Source of the DNA: Bacteroidia bacterium
GTDB lineage: Bacteria > Bacteroidota > Bacteroidia > Cytophagales > JAAEPT01
NCBI GenBank assembly: GCA_030431525.1
Contig: JAUIJC010000014.1
Location: forward strand, 5,330-69,329
Direction: 5' to 3'
Length of the DNA: 64,000 nt
The notes beneath the pieces were generated by a model. It was not told the origin of the DNA. It was given only the letters and a program-made list of their open reading frames with translations, and made no database searches. Shown one piece after another: positions 9,509 to 18,784 of the stretch. Positions within the stretch are counted from its first letter, which is position 1; each line of letters opens with the position of its first letter. Position numbers and translations under genes: made by a program.

Positions 9509-10237
9509 ATGAAGTTTTTTGAAAAGCTCTTAAAAGTGTTGAATCCCGTGGATTATTCTTTGTTCGAAAAAGCGCATTTCAATCAAGCATTGCCTTGCCG
9601 TCTATTGCGTCCCCAAACGATTGAGGAAGGCAAGAAATACCCGCTTGTGTTATTGCTTCACGGGTCTGGAGAACGAGGTTCGGATAATGAAAAACAACTT
9701 AGGCATGGAGCGAGTTATTTCCTCGATGAAAAGCGAAGAAATGAAAACCCCTGTTTTGTGTTGGTGCCCCAATGTCCAGATGATGAGGCTTGGTGTAATA
9801 TTCAGGAGAAAGGGAATGGACGGTTTGAATTTCCCTTTTCAGACCAGCCACGGGAACCGATGCGCTTGGTGTTGAATCTCTTGGATGAGCTGTTGAAAAA
9901 TGAGCCGATTGATACCGAACAACTTTCAGTCATTGGGATTTCAATGGGAGGGATGGGACTGTTCGATTTGCTCCTGCGAAGACCCAGCATGTTCAAAAAT
10001 GCAGTGGCCATTTGTGGTGGTGGAAATCCTGAGTTGGTCCATCGCTACGCCACAGGCACTTCATTCCAATTGTTTCATGGAAGCAAGGACAGTGTAGTGG
10101 CGCCAAGCCATTCACGGGAAATGGCTGAGGCCTTGAAATCAGCGGGAGCGAAGGTGGATTTTGTGGAGTATCCCGAGGAGGGGCATGATTGCTGGGAGAG
10201 GGTGTTTGGGGGCGTAGGGCACAAGGCCCTACGTTAA
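9509..10237 (+). CDS. Alpha/beta-hydrolase (phospholipase/carboxylesterase or predicted peptidase family)
   Basis: YPLVLLLHGSGERGSDN, VLVPQCP, nucleophile elbow GISMGG, FHGSKDSVV (Asp), GHDCW (His). Confidence 0.9.
   Translation: MKFFEKLLKVLNPVDYSLFEKAHFNQALPCRLLRPQTIEEGKKYPLVLLLHGSGERGSDNEKQLRHGASYFLDEKRRNENPCFVLVPQCPDDEAWCNIQEKGNGRFEFPFSDQPREPMRLVLNLLDELLKNEPIDTEQLSVIGISMGGMGLFDLLLRRPSMFKNAVAICGGGNPELVHRYATGTSFQLFHGSKDSVVAPSHSREMAEALKSAGAKVDFVEYPEEGHDCWERVFGGVGHKALR
10213..10233. repeat. REP-like palindrome cgtagggcacaaggccctacg, copy 2, inside the last codons of the hydrolase
   Basis: Identical to 9307-9327; encodes VGHKALR just before the stop. Confidence 0.75.
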
Positions 10238-10284
10238 GGATGGAGGGGTATGATTGCTGAAGGAGGGTGTTTGGGAAGTTGGTG

Positions 10285-10891
10285 TTATAAGGCTTTTAGT
10301 TTCCCTAAGAGATCATCAGGCAACAACTTCAAATCCTCTTCAGTCATCCGTTCCCCAAACTGAATGTAACTAAATTTGTCCTTTGCTAGACAACCCAGTT
10401 CATCGGACGTCTTGAAGGTATTGTAATCAACTTCTATTGTAGAACCATGATGAGCGAAATAGATGTTTTTGTCATCCTTGGCGTAGCAAGAATTCAAGAC
10501 TTGGAGAACGTTTGGTCGGTCTGAGAAAATATGTAGATATCCACCATCACACATATCATAGTGGTGATAGATATGTGAATTGTCTCGATAGAATCCTGAT
10601 CCAAGTAATTGGAATGAGTTGGTGTCAATTACATCAATTAGTATCTGTCCCGCCAAATGTGGTGATGAATGTGTTGGGGCATTCGAAATTTTTACTTTCA
10701 AGGTCATTCAGATCAGGTGCTGAAGGAAAACCAAGCTCCCCTTTGCTGTTAAGGTAAAGTCCACAAGAAAGTGGTCTCCATTCTCTTGGCTTCTTTGGAG
10801 TTGTGGTTTCCTGTGGCTTTTTTTCCTGACAGGAAATAAGGAATAGGCCAAGGATAAAAACGGCAATGGTTCCAGAGAGCAAGTCTTTCAT
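10285..10891 (-). pseudogene. Frameshifted lipoprotein with DKNYY-like repeats (two overlapping ORFs)
   Basis: ORF 10634-10891 has lipobox LISC and stops at GGTDTN*. The +1 frame continues LIDVIDTNSFQLLGSGFYRDNSHIY..YAKDDKNIYF..LAKDKFSY. Could be an assembly error. Confidence 0.6.
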
Positions 10892-10911
10892 GCCATCAAA
10901 TTTCAGAAAAA

Positions 10912-10941
10912 AAGCCGTGACCCTTTCGAGGCACGGCTTTC
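10912..10941 (-). terminator. Intrinsic terminator of the large adhesin gene
   Basis: aaagccgtg-accctttcgagg-cacggcttt flanked by A/T tracts. Confidence 0.7.
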
Positions 10942-10960
10942 ACTTTTTCAGTTCGGAAGT

Positions 10961-13900
10961 TTAACGGATGATTTCAATCCAACCGTTGAAGTCACCGATT
11001 TTGGTTTCGAGGTCGTAGTAGTAAACGCCATCGTCCACACCGTCAGCATCCCAAGTGTTATCGTAGCTGTCGTGCTGATAGACGCGTACTCCCCAGCGGT
11101 CATAAACGCGGAAACGAGAACCTTCTGGCAAGGAGTGGATGAAGAACACATCGTTTACGCCATCGCCGTTCGGGCTGAAGGTGTTCGGCACGTAGAACTT
11201 GGTGCCAACTTCCACGCCGAAGCGGTTGATACAACCTTTCTGGTCACGCACATAAACGATATGCTGTCCGCGTGGCACTTCAGTGAAGCGGTTAATCAAG
11301 GTGTCGATGCCTTGCTCGTAGCTGAAGAAGTTCGTACTGTCGTCCAAGGCCATCTCGAAGATGCCGTTACCACCAGTGATGGTGTGGGCGAACACGATGC
11401 CATCTGGCACTTCAACCTTACTTGGAAGTCCAAGGATTTCAGCGTTGATGGTGTCCGGCTCCCAAACGTAGATGGAATCTGTCCAAATGCTGTCTTGGGT
11501 GATGCCGTTGTACATGAGTTCACGGTCTGGGTAGATACAGCTTGTGCTGTCCGACAAACGCGTTTGCTCAATCCACAACACATTGTTTCCTCCTGAAAGT
11601 CCAGTGTATAGGGAATCCGTTCCCAACTGGGTGGAGTCGTTCAGGTTGAAGCGGTATCCGAACTCAACCACGTTGGCGTTCTGCAAGCGGATGATTTCAA
11701 TCATGCCGTCGGCAGAGTCGCGACAAGTTACGTCCGTGATGTTCAACAAAGCGTTTGCAGTCAAGTCGCCAACAGTAAGTGTGTCTTGAATAACACAAGC
11801 CTCGTCGCTGGCGTCCGTGATGGTCATGGCATACACGCCAGTGGTCAAGCTGTCCACCATGATGCTGTCCGTCGCAATGACGTGGGTCAGGCTATCCATC
11901 TCACTTTTTAGGGTGATGGTGTAGTCCATTTTTCCACCAGAAATATTCAAGGCGATGTAGCCGTTGTCGGCGCCACAGCTTGCAGGTGCAACGGTGTTGG
12001 TTACCTCGAACGGAATCGTGTTTGGAACGACTGCGTCAAAGGTGTATTCACAATCCTTCACGTCTTTCACAATGGCGATGTAGTTGCCACCGTAAACCGT
12101 GTCGCCATTTACGCTACCAGCCAAGAGTGAATCGGCTTGGAAGTCGATAATCATGGTCGAGTCTTGCTTCAACGCGAAGGTGTAAGGAGCGTTGCCGATG
12201 AGGTTGCTCAATTGTACTTGTCCGTCAACCTCCAAACAAGATGGAGCTTTCACGGTCACTTTTACGCTGTCAATCAACAAGCCGTCTTTGTTCTGGATGC
12301 TGAAGGAAGCAGTATCGGTACAGCCTGAAACTTCGTCTTGTACCAACAAGGTGTACTTTCCGCTGGCCAAGCTGTCCATTTGGGTTTCGATGTCGGTTTG
12401 CGAATCGTAGTTCACGCCGTTGTCCAAGCTGAAGAGGTAGAGTCCAGAGCCGTTTTTCACGGAGTCAATGACTGCCGTACCGTTGGCCTCCTTACAATCC
12501 TCAGCCAAGGTGGTTTGTGTGATGAACACCTCGATGGCTTCAGGAGCTGTGATTTCCACAGGAAGCTCAACCGTACAACCCAAGTTGTCCATGGCTACCA
12601 AGGTATCGCTGAAGGCTGGCAAGTTGTCGAAGCTAAATGTGCTGTCGCTGTTGTAGCTGTTGCCCAACAAGTCAACTTGATAAGGAGCAATGCCACCTTT
12701 CACTTCGATGGTCAAGTCGCCAGCATCAACACCCAAACAGTTGATGTGTTGCTCGTCCAAAACAAGGACTTGCAAGGAATCAGGCTGGTCGAGTTTCAAG
12801 TTGAGCGTCACCATACATCCTGAGGCATCCTTCGCATAAATCGTATGGTTGCCAGCGCTCAAGTTGTTGAATACGGAGTCAGGACCGAATGAAGTAGAAT
12901 CGTTCAAGCTGAATTCGTAAGGAGCAACACCGCCTTCGAAGTTGGCGATGGTGATGCTACCGTTGGCATCGCCATAACAAGTAGGGTCAACCAAAACGCT
13001 ATCGAAGTTGAAGGCCTGTAAGAGGTTGGCGGTTTCCTCGATGTAACAACCGTAGCTGTCCTTGAGAGTTACCGGATACAAGCCTGGCAACAAACCAGAG
13101 TAAGTCGTGTCAGAAACTTCGAAGAAGTTGCCATCATCCAAAGCCACCCAGTAGGAGCCTGTTCCACCTTGGAAATTGTTGGCGGTGAACTCACCTGGTG
13201 TAGAACAGTCTGGGGTAGTGATAACCGTCAAGTCCATGCTCAAGGAGTCAAGTACTTTCAAGTTCACGGTATCAGCCGGAGTGGACAAACAACCGAAGTT
13301 GTCGCGGAAGCGAACCACCAAAGTCGTGTCTTGGCTGAAGTCAATCGCGTTGATGCCAGAGAAGGACTGGCCATTATCGAAGGTGAAGCTACCGTTGGTG
13401 TTCGGGAAGAATCCGCTGTCCATGGACAAGCTCAAGGTAGCAGTCTCGCCATAACACAAAGTGTCTTGGTCGAACATTGCAGTACCCGTTGGGATTGTTC
13501 TCAAAGTCACTTCCACAGAAGCCGTATTGGTACAGCCGTTAGTGTCGGTGATTTCCACGGTGTAGGTGCCACCAGTAGTTGGGATGATAGTCGTTACATC
13601 GCTGTTTGGAGAAACAACGCCATCGCCAGTCCAGAGATAAGACGTACCGCCTTGAGCAACCAATTGGATGGTGTCTCCGAAACAGATAGTTGTGTCATTG
13701 GAAACTGCAATGTTCGGGTTGCTGAACACTTCTACCTCCACGCTGTCGTAACCCATACATCCGTTGATGTCCGTTACGGAAACGATGTAGTTAGTTGTAG
13801 AGGAAGGCTTAGCAGTTACAGTGTCTTTGTCGCTCACATTCAAGCTTGAAGCAGGCGTCCAAGTGTAAGGGTTGGCAATCAAAGCGCCAGTTCCTTGGGC

Positions 13901-16900
13901 AGTCAACTGCACGCTGTCGCCAGCGCAAATCATTCCTGCTGGAGCAGTCGCGGTTACCGTTGGAAGTGGGTTCACGTTCACCGTTACCGAATCACTGTTT
14001 TCACAGCCGTTGGCGTCCATGCCCGTCACCACATAAGTCGTGGTGTTGCTTGGCGAAGCCAATACGGTATCGCTGTCGCTAACATTCAAATCAGTAGTAG
14101 GCGTCCAAGCGTACATCAATCCGCCTTGAGCGGTCAATGTAGCCTCATCACCCAAACAGATGGTGGCATCGTTAGAGGCGGTGATAGTTGGAAGGCCGTT
14201 CACCGTTACAGTCACTTGGGCGGTATCAGTACATCCACCAGCATTGTCCGTCACCACAGTGTAAGTGGTCGTGGTGGATGGTGTAGCAATCACCGTGTCG
14301 CCAGTCGTGGTGTTCAATCCAGTGGCTGGTGACCAAGTGTAATCCGTTCCGCCAGTGGCAACCAATACGGCGCTGTCATCCATACACAAGATGGTGTCGC
14401 TGGTGACAGACAAGTTTGGAATTGGAAGCACCTCAACGTGTACGCTGTCGGTATTGGTACAACCTGTGGCGTTTGTTCCAGAAACCACAAAGGTGGTAGA
14501 GGTGGTTGGCCTTGCCAATGTCGTAGCGCTGTTCGGTGACATTACCTCTCCAGCTGGGGACCAAGCGTAGTTTGAAACGTTGGTGCCCAAAGCAGAAAGG
14601 GTTACGGTGTCACCCGCACAGATGGTGTCACGGCTTGCTGTAGCTGATGATAGTACTGGGTCAACCGTGATGGTTGTGCTTGCGCTATCCTCACAGCCAT
14701 TGCCCGTGGTTACCACAACAGTGTAAGTGGTGGTAGTCGTTGGCGAAGCCACTGGGTTAGCGATGTTATCCGCAGAAAGGCCAGTGCTCGGTGTCCATTT
14801 GTAGGTGCCACCGCCTGTAGCCACAAGCTGTTTTGAGTCACCCAAACAGATGCTGTCCGAAGGCGTTACAGTAACATTTGGCAATGGGTTAACCGTTACC
14901 GTCACAGACTCGCTGGCCTGACAGCCCGCAGGGCTGGTAGCCGTCAATGTATAAGTGGTAGTCGTGGTTGGGTAAGCCAATGTCAAGCTGTCCATTGGGG
15001 TAGCAAGGCCAGTGGCTGGTGTCCACTCGTAAGTGTCCAAAGGCTGACATGCGCCCACCAAGGTAATGGTGTCTCCCTCACAAATGGTTGGGTCTGGAGA
15101 GATGGTCATGTTTGGCTCTGGCTCCACATAGATGAAGATGGAGCTGGTGTCCGAACAGCCGTTGGCATCCGTGCCAGTGACAATGTAAGTAGTGCTTGTG
15201 CTTGGCGTTGCGGAAACGCTTTGGCCAGTAGTGGCAGACAAGCCCGTGCTTGGCGACCAAGTGTAAGTCAAGTTCGGGTCGCTGGCAATCAAAATTGCCG
15301 AGATGCCAGTACAAATCGTGTCTTTAGTTGCCGTGATATTAAAGGCAGGCTTTGGATTGACATTCACTGTAACCGTGGTGGAATCCACACAACCCAAACC
15401 GTCGGTTCCAATCACCGTGTAAGTGGTGTTGGTTGTTGGGAAAGCCTGAACGCTTGTTCCGTTGTCAGCACTCAAAGTGGCGCTTGGTTTCCAAGTATAG
15501 CTGGTAGCACCTGAGGCAGTCAATGTAACAGAGTCACCCTCACAAATGGTTTGGTCACCGTTTGTGGTGATGCTTGGCAAAGCCTGAATGTTGACCATCA
15601 TGCTGTCGGTGTCCTTACAGCCATTCGCATCCGTTACCTCTACCAAATACTTGGTAGAAGTGGAAGGGGAGGCGGTAGGGTTGGAAACAGCAGGATTGTC
15701 CAAGGTCGCCGATGGCGTCCAAGCATAGCTCACGCCACCAGTTGCGGACAATGGAGTGCTTGTGCCGAAACAGATGGTGGTGTCATTGCCAGCTTGTGCC
15801 GTTGGCAAATCGTGAACGGTTACCGTTACGGTATCACGAGCAGTACAGCCGTTGCCGTCCTGAGCGGTCACCACATATTCCGTGGTAGTGCTTGGGAAAG
15901 CAATAGGGTCGCTAATCGTTGTGTTTGAAAGTCCAGTGCTTGGCGACCATGAGTAGTTGATGCCTCCCGTGGCGCCAATTTGTACGCTATCGCCAATACA
16001 AATCTCAGGGTTCTTGGAAGGTGTGATGGTCAACATTGGGTTCACCAATACCGTCAAGGAATCTGAATTTGTACAGCCGTTGGCATCCGTTCCTGTAACT
16101 ACATAAGTGGTTGTCGTAGTTGGGGAAGCCAATGGGTTGGCTATGTTTGGATTGTCCAAGCCAGCTGATGGAGACCATACGTAGGAAACACTGCTTCCAG
16201 AAGCCAACAACTGAGCGTCATCCCCTTGACAGAAGCTTTGGTCGCCATTGGTGGAGATGCTTGGCAATGGGTTTACAGTAATGGTCACTTGAGCTGTGTT
16301 TGAACAGCCAGCTGTGGTTCCTGTTACCGTGTAAGTAGTAGTTGTTGTAGGCGTAGCCGTAGGGTTCGCCACGTTCGGGTCATCCAAACCAGCGCTTGGA
16401 GACCAGCTGTAGGTAGTGGCTCCTGAAGCATTGAGTTGTACGCTTACGCCCTCACAAATGGTTGTGTCATTATTGGTCACTACGGTTGGCAATGGCTGAA
16501 CCGTAATGGTCGAAGTCGCATTGTCTGTACAGCCGTTCGCATCGGTTCCTATCACGGTGTAAGTGGTGGTGGATGATGGAGAGGCCACAGGGTTAGCGAT
16601 GTTGGCGTTGTTCAAATCAGTAATTGGCGTCCACTCATAAGTGGTAGCACCAAAGGCTTCCAACTGAACGTCTTCGCCAGCACATGAGAAATGGTCACCA
16701 TTGGTGGTCACCGTTGGATGTGGGTTGACAGTAATGGTGGTCGTAGCCGTTGCCGAACAACCAATGCCATTTGTACCAGTTACGGTATAAGTTGTAGTGG
16801 TCGTAGGGGATGCGATTGGGTTGGCGATGTTTGGGTCGCTTAGGCCAGTGGCTGGGCTCCATACATAATTGGTAGCGCCAGAAGCAATCAACTGTCGGCT

Positions 16901-17167
16901 TTCGCCTTCACAATAGGCAGTATCCGCAGAAACCGTTAACACAGGAAGTGGATTGACGGTAACGGTCAAGCTCGTTGTATCAGCACAGCCATCTCCTGTG
17001 GTTCCAATCACTTGGTAGGTGGTGGTTGTACTTGGGGAAGCCATTGGGTTGGCAATGTTCGGGTTGTCCAAACCAGTAGCAGGGGACCAAACATAGCTGG
17101 TGGCTCCACTTGCGGTGAGCTGAACATTGTCCGTCTCACAAATGGTTTGGTCGCCGTTGGTGGTCAA
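10961..17167 (-). CDS. SprB-like giant adhesin, C-terminal part: about 16 Ig-like repeats, SprB-type repeats, gliding-motility-associated (T9SS type B) C-terminal domain
   Basis: Repeats TICxGxSVQLxASGxxxYxWSPxTGL..ANPxASPxxTTTYTVTGTxxxGC; PTCYGDANGSITI..GGVAPYEFSL; CTD FYVPNTFSPNGDGVNDVF..YDRWG..GVYYY..GWIEIIR. No signal peptide of its own; joined to 17136-18209 by a frameshift. Confidence 0.9.
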   Translation of the reverse strand: MTTNGDQTICETDNVQLTASGATSYVWSPATGLDNPNIANPMASPSTTTTYQVIGTTGDGCADTTSLTVTVNPLPVLTVSADTAYCEGESRQLIASGATNYVWSPATGLSDPNIANPIASPTTTTTYTVTGTNGIGCSATATTTITVNPHPTVTTNGDHFSCAGEDVQLEAFGATTYEWTPITDLNNANIANPVASPSSTTTYTVIGTDANGCTDNATSTITVQPLPTVVTNNDTTICEGVSVQLNASGATTYSWSPSAGLDDPNVANPTATPTTTTTYTVTGTTAGCSNTAQVTITVNPLPSISTNGDQSFCQGDDAQLLASGSSVSYVWSPSAGLDNPNIANPLASPTTTTTYVVTGTDANGCTNSDSLTVLVNPMLTITPSKNPEICIGDSVQIGATGGINYSWSPSTGLSNTTISDPIAFPSTTTEYVVTAQDGNGCTARDTVTVTVHDLPTAQAGNDTTICFGTSTPLSATGGVSYAWTPSATLDNPAVSNPTASPSTSTKYLVEVTDANGCKDTDSMMVNIQALPSITTNGDQTICEGDSVTLTASGATSYTWKPSATLSADNGTSVQAFPTTNTTYTVIGTDGLGCVDSTTVTVNVNPKPAFNITATKDTICTGISAILIASDPNLTYTWSPSTGLSATTGQSVSATPSTSTTYIVTGTDANGCSDTSSIFIYVEPEPNMTISPDPTICEGDTITLVGACQPLDTYEWTPATGLATPMDSLTLAYPTTTTTYTLTATSPAGCQASESVTVTVNPLPNVTVTPSDSICLGDSKQLVATGGGTYKWTPSTGLSADNIANPVASPTTTTTYTVVVTTGNGCEDSASTTITVDPVLSSATASRDTICAGDTVTLSALGTNVSNYAWSPAGEVMSPNSATTLARPTTSTTFVVSGTNATGCTNTDSVHVEVLPIPNLSVTSDTILCMDDSAVLVATGGTDYTWSPATGLNTTTGDTVIATPSTTTTYTVVTDNAGGCTDTAQVTVTVNGLPTITASNDATICLGDEATLTAQGGLMYAWTPTTDLNVSDSDTVLASPSNTTTYVVTGMDANGCENSDSVTVNVNPLPTVTATAPAGMICAGDSVQLTAQGTGALIANPYTWTPASSLNVSDKDTVTAKPSSTTNYIVSVTDINGCMGYDSVEVEVFSNPNIAVSNDTTICFGDTIQLVAQGGTSYLWTGDGVVSPNSDVTTIIPTTGGTYTVEITDTNGCTNTASVEVTLRTIPTGTAMFDQDTLCYGETATLSLSMDSGFFPNTNGSFTFDNGQSFSGINAIDFSQDTTLVVRFRDNFGCLSTPADTVNLKVLDSLSMDLTVITTPDCSTPGEFTANNFQGGTGSYWVALDDGNFFEVSDTTYSGLLPGLYPVTLKDSYGCYIEETANLLQAFNFDSVLVDPTCYGDANGSITIANFEGGVAPYEFSLNDSTSFGPDSVFNNLSAGNHTIYAKDASGCMVTLNLKLDQPDSLQVLVLDEQHINCLGVDAGDLTIEVKGGIAPYQVDLLGNSYNSDSTFSFDNLPAFSDTLVAMDNLGCTVELPVEITAPEAIEVFITQTTLAEDCKEANGTAVIDSVKNGSGLYLFSLDNGVNYDSQTDIETQMDSLASGKYTLLVQDEVSGCTDTASFSIQNKDGLLIDSVKVTVKAPSCLEVDGQVQLSNLIGNAPYTFALKQDSTMIIDFQADSLLAGSVNGDTVYGGNYIAIVKDVKDCEYTFDAVVPNTIPFEVTNTVAPASCGADNGYIALNISGGKMDYTITLKSEMDSLTHVIATDSIMVDSLTTGVYAMTITDASDEACVIQDTLTVGDLTANALLNITDVTCRDSADGMIEIIRLQNANVVEFGYRFNLNDSTQLGTDSLYTGLSGGNNVLWIEQTRLSDSTSCIYPDRELMYNGITQDSIWTDSIYVWEPDTINAEILGLPSKVEVPDGIVFAHTITGGNGIFEMALDDSTNFFSYEQGIDTLINRFTEVPRGQHIVYVRDQKGCINRFGVEVGTKFYVPNTFSPNGDGVNDVFFIHSLPEGSRFRVYDRWGVRVYQHDSYDNTWDADGVDDGVYYYDLETKIGDFNGWIEIIR

Positions 17168-17410
17168 TACAGGGATTTGGATTAACCGTTACGGTTACTT
17201 GTTCGGTGCCTGAACAGCCATTGGCGTCGGTTCCAGTTACCGTGTAAGTCGTAGTAGAAGTTGGGGAGGCTACAGGGTTAGCGATGTTCGGGTCATCCAA
17301 GCCAGTTGCTGGGCTCCAAACAAAGCTCAATCCAGCTCCTGAAGCAGTAAGCTGGGTATCGTTACCTTCACAAATCGCAACATCAGGAGAAACCGTGATG
17401 GTTGGTTGTG
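13500..17410 (-). repeat. Intragenic array of about 17 diverged ~76-aa Ig-like repeats
   Basis: Recurrent WSPATGL / NIANP / TTTY / GC motifs counted across the two translated ORFs. Boundaries approximate. Confidence 0.85.
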
Positions 17411-18209
17411 GGTTGACGGTAATCGTTTCGGTGATTGTGCTTGAACAAGAACCGTTGTCAATGGTAAGTGTAATCGTCTTTGTACCTGCAGACCCGTAGG
17501 TGATGTTGTGTGGTCCTGCGGTGTTGGCCGTTGGGCTGGAAGCGTCCGCACCAAAATTCCAAGTGTAAGTGGTGGAGCCATCCACACCAGAGGAGGTATC
17601 TGTGAAGACTACCGGCTGACCCATACAGTTTGGGGTGGCGGTAAATCCTGCTCGGAAGTCAGTTCCAGGATTTACGGTAAAGGTCTCGGAGTACACACAG
17701 CCGTTGTCGTCGGTCACATCCACGGAGTAATCGCCAGGCGCTAAGCCTGAAATGGAAGTGCCGGTGGCTCCTGTGCTCCACAAATAGGAATACCCTCCGG
17801 TTCCTCCAGAGGGGCTAATAGAAATACTGCCGTTGTTTTGTCCCAAACATAACTCGTGGGAAACGGTAGAATTCATTGAAAAAGTTGGGGGTTCATCCAA
17901 AAAAACAGATCGGACGTCATCTACAATTAGTCCTTTACCCGCAGCAATAAAGTAGGAGCCAGCAGGTAAGTTGGAGAAAGTATGGGTCGAATCGTTTGTC
18001 GTAATCACAATATTCGTGAATACGATTTGGATCGTGTAAGGCGCCGGACCGCTTAGATGCACTGTAAAGGCACCAGAACTGTCTCCCGGGCAGGTAACCT
18101 CTTGATCAACAACTACACTGTCGATACTAATACCTTGAGCCCACGCCGAGCTGGACATGGACAGAAGGAGCAGAAGGGGTAAGAAATAGCGAGTAAAGCG
18201 TTTATCCAT
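17136..18209 (-). CDS. SprB-like giant adhesin, N-terminal part (signal peptide, SprB repeats, PKD domain, first Ig-like repeat)
   Basis: Signal peptide ..SSSAWAQ; HELCLGQNNGSISISPSGGTGGYSYLWSTG (SprB repeat); FTDTSS..YTWNFG..ITY..GTKTITLTI (PKD). Reading frame is lost after TVTVNP near 17175. Confidence 0.88.
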   Translation of the reverse strand: MDKRFTRYFLPLLLLLSMSSSAWAQGISIDSVVVDQEVTCPGDSSGAFTVHLSGPAPYTIQIVFTNIVITTNDSTHTFSNLPAGSYFIAAGKGLIVDDVRSVFLDEPPTFSMNSTVSHELCLGQNNGSISISPSGGTGGYSYLWSTGATGTSISGLAPGDYSVDVTDDNGCVYSETFTVNPGTDFRAGFTATPNCMGQPVVFTDTSSGVDGSTTYTWNFGADASSPTANTAGPHNITYGSAGTKTITLTIDNGSCSSTITETITVNPQPTITVSPDVAICEGNDTQLTASGAGLSFVWSPATGLDDPNIANPVASPTSTTTYTVTGTDANGCSGTEQVTVTVNPNPCIDHQRRPNHL

Positions 18210-18258
18210 ATTTGTAGATAAAAGTTCGATAAATACCTATTGACATGATTTTTCGGCC

Positions 18259-18266
18259 CAAAGTTA
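18259..18266 (-). promoter_or_regulatory. Bacteroidota -7 promoter element (TAACTTTG) for the adhesin gene
   Basis: caaagtta on the + strand, about 50 nt upstream of the ATG at 18209; matches TAnnTTTG. Confidence 0.6.
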
Positions 18267-18784
18267 ACACATGGTTAACAGAACTGGCGCGCGCAGAAGC
18301 ATGTAAGTCAATAAGCAGTTATCGAAATTTTTAGCAACGATTGTACCACTTTGGACGCCTCATCCAATGTGGTTCATTATCAGCTCTCTAAGTCCTGATG
18401 TGCGATTCAGTCGAAGAGAAGTGGGTTACCAGCTTTAGAAATGAAGTTTTTTAAAAGAAGGTTCCTACAGGTCAAAAAATATGTTGCGAAGTAATTTAGA
18501 ATTTTTCAAAAGGCACAGCTAAATGGAATTTATTCGTGCATTTTTTGGTACAGAGATGTAAAAAAACCTGAAAAAGCATGCTGGTAATGTAAGGAACGTA
18601 CAATTCTTCTCTCAATTTGCTATTTTTACGCCCAATTCCGTTCAATCTGCCTTTTATGCCAAAAAGTGGCTGTGCGACTGATGGTTAGGAAGATTGCTCT
18701 CCAAATGGAATTTCTTCCAAATAGGAAGGTGGGAGGGAACAAAGTAGCCGTGTTAACGACTTTACATTGAAAAGACTTCTAATT

